21,220 nt of DNA from Delftia acidovorans NBRC 14950 (GTDB lineage: Bacteria > Pseudomonadota > Gammaproteobacteria > Burkholderiales > Burkholderiaceae_C). Where the stretch lies: contig NZ_BCZP01000046.1 in assembly GCF_001598795.1 (NCBI RefSeq), positions 1 through 21,220 of the forward strand, given 5' to 3'. The position numbers and the translations under genes were made by a program. The notes beneath the pieces were generated by a model that worked only from the letters and a program-made list of their open reading frames with translations, had not been told where the DNA came from and did no database searches. How positions within the stretch are numbered: position 1 is the first letter of the stretch; the number at the start of each line of letters is the position of its first letter. Below are positions 20,068 to 21,220 of this stretch, in pieces.

Positions 20068-20866
20068 GCTCGGCTTTCTCAATTTCCTTGATGTCTTGGT
20101 CCAGCTGGCGTGTGAGTTGCCACACGGGCAGCAGGTCGATGGGTACGGCGGCCCCGTTGCTGCGGGACAGGTCTGTGCGTGAGATGCAGCGCAGGTTGTT
20201 GATGTCGAAATTGGAGGTGTCGCCGTCATGGAAGATGACGGCATGTCCCTCCGGAATAGGGCCGTGGTGCTGCTCCCAGACGATGCGGTGCACCAGCGCC
20301 CAGCGGTTTGGCTCTGCCACCTTGCGCTTGAGGTAGCGGGCTGCATGTGGCAGCGCGCGTGGCGGCGTGGTCCAACGCTCGGTGCCCACCGGCACCCAGG
20401 TCGGCGGCCTGTTGCCGGCCTTGAAATGGCTTTTTCCCTGCTCCACGCTGTACCCGTGCTTCCCCTTGTTCCAGGGTTTGAGCCCTGCAGTGAACTGCCC
20501 CTGCCGCTGGCCCTGGCGCAGCATGGAGGCGCGATAGGTCTGGGCCATCACGGCAGGGGTCTTGTGCAGTCCCAGGCGGCTGGCCCTTGTGGCGATGTCT
20601 CGCATGGGCATGCCCAGCAGCTCGCCCAGGTCCTCGTTGAGCATGTCGGCATACAGCAGCTGCAGCAGGTCATCTAGGTCCGTCCAGCGGCCGGTGCGCG
20701 CGGTCTTGGCCCCGGGGGCCTTCTTCACACCCAGGTCATGGGCGCGCTGCTGCACATGCCTGGCCGAGCGCTGCAGGTGCGCAGCGACGGCCGCTGTGGG
20801 CTGGGAGGGGTACTGCGCCCGCAGGTAGGCGTCATCCTCGGGCCGCCATGGCGTGTTCTTGCTCAT
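20027..20866 (-). CDS. Phage HNH endonuclease with N-terminal helix-turn-helix/SANT-like repeats
   Basis: 279 aa. The HNH_3-type block is ALVHRIVWEQHHGPIPEGHAVIFHDGDTSNFDINNLRCISR. The N-terminus has W-x-PEDDAYLRAQY-type repeats. Its start overlaps the upstream gene's stop (ATGA). Confidence 0.85.
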   Translation of the reverse strand: MSKNTPWRPEDDAYLRAQYPSQPTAAVAAHLQRSARHVQQRAHDLGVKKAPGAKTARTGRWTDLDDLLQLLYADMLNEDLGELLGMPMRDIATRASRLGLHKTPAVMAQTYRASMLRQGQRQGQFTAGLKPWNKGKHGYSVEQGKSHFKAGNRPPTWVPVGTERWTTPPRALPHAARYLKRKVAEPNRWALVHRIVWEQHHGPIPEGHAVIFHDGDTSNFDINNLRCISRTDLSRSNGAAVPIDLLPVWQLTRQLDQDIKEIEKAEHDHHHNRHPAHAA

Positions 20867-21192
20867 ACCGGGAGACCGACCTGCTGCCCCTTGATCTGCA
20901 GCACGCGGCGCGCGGCGTTGCCGACCTCGGCGGTGACCGAGTAGCCGAAGCCATCGGGGTTGATCAGCTCGCGGAGCAGGTCGAAGGCCTCGGCAGCATC
21001 CGGCGCCAGATGGCTGGCGTCGTAGGTGGTGGTTTCGAGGTTGGGCAGGTGCTGGGCCATGCGAAGCAGCTCCAGGGCGGCCGCGTCCTCGGTGTGCAGG
21101 CCGCGCCCAGGCACCGGGCGGGGCAGGTTGGTGGTCAGGGCAACACGGCCCTCGTCGTCGGCGGAAATGGCAATGATGATTTGGCGGGCCAT
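20863..21192 (-). CDS. Hypothetical phage protein (109 aa)
   Basis: The ATG at 21192 is preceded by AGGAGA. It is coupled to the HNH gene downstream. No family recognised. Confidence 0.55.
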   Translation of the reverse strand: MARQIIIAISADDEGRVALTTNLPRPVPGRGLHTEDAAALELLRMAQHLPNLETTTYDASHLAPDAAEAFDLLRELINPDGFGYSVTAEVGNAARRVLQIKGQQVGLPV

Positions 21193-21220
21193 GGTGGTCT
21201 CCTGTGAAGTGGCGGGGATC

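Larger units (their letters stand above)
13313..21220. mobile_element. Left end of a tRNA-Pro-associated prophage / integrative element; continues beyond the window
   Basis: In order: att remnant, tyrosine integrase, DUF4224/excisionase-like gene, phage-type C5 methyltransferase, AT-rich cargo cassette, then GC-rich coupled phage genes including an HNH endonuclease. Confidence 0.8.

Noticed and set aside
19472-20346. Plus-strand ORFs 19472-20182 and 19489-20091, and the N-terminal 93 codons of the 210-aa minus-strand ORF
   Set aside because: The plus-strand ORFs are shadows of the minus-strand phage genes. The upstream part of the 210-aa ORF overlaps the HNH gene in another frame and is Ser/Thr/Pro low-complexity. 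The shorter start at 20067 was adopted instead.
1-21220. CRISPR arrays, rRNA genes, IS elements or transposases, retron-like reverse transcriptase
   Set aside because: None were seen. There are no regularly spaced direct repeats, no rRNA-like conserved blocks, no transposase-like ORFs or terminal inverted repeats, and no RT motifs in any of the long ORFs.

Overview
This is GC-rich DNA (roughly two-thirds G+C by eye) that looks betaproteobacterial. It holds the facing ends of two integrated phage-type elements, separated by about 8.3 kb of ordinary chromosome.

(1) nt 1-4957 is the right end of a prophage. It carries a complete lysis cassette: holin, SAR-type GH24 endolysin, and an Rz-like i-spanin with an embedded Rz1-like lipoprotein o-spanin. 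Next come a Gp49-like gene and a leftward operon of four translationally coupled small unknown genes. A perfect CTGT-N8-ACAG LexA box follows, then an SRAP/YedK-type peptidase and a staphylococcal-type thermonuclease. The element ends at a 3' ssrA (tmRNA) fragment with a native-looking terminator.

(2) nt 4958-13312 is chromosome. It encodes:
- a 72-aa unknown protein
- an H-NS-family protein
- a 1261-aa ExeM/NucH-type extracellular nuclease with an IPTL-CTERM sorting tail
- a roughly 930-bp gene-free stretch rich in hairpins and terminators
- a small TPR protein
- an RNase H-family protein
- a glutathione S-transferase pseudogene (in-frame TAG plus a frameshift)
- a YbaY-like lipoprotein

(3) nt 13313-21220 is the left end of a second element. 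It starts at a truncated tRNA-Pro(UGG) 3' fragment and carries a tyrosine integrase, a DUF4224/excisionase-like gene, and a 675-aa C5 cytosine methyltransferase with seven reiterated P-x-x-T-V modules. GC-rich phage genes, including an HNH endonuclease, follow on the minus strand.

The stand-out feature is an AT-rich block at about 16871-19480. It sits between the methyltransferase and the phage genes and is transcribed against them. It contains three plus-strand ORFs: a membrane-anchored 219-aa protein, a 67-aa protein, and a 415-aa protein whose C-terminus carries an R-x4-H HEPN-type signature. I read it as a horizontally acquired candidate anti-phage (abortive-infection or toxin-antitoxin-like) cassette that I cannot assign to a named system from sequence alone.

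I saw no rRNA, CRISPR array or transposase. All functional calls rest on motif recognition by eye, with no database search.
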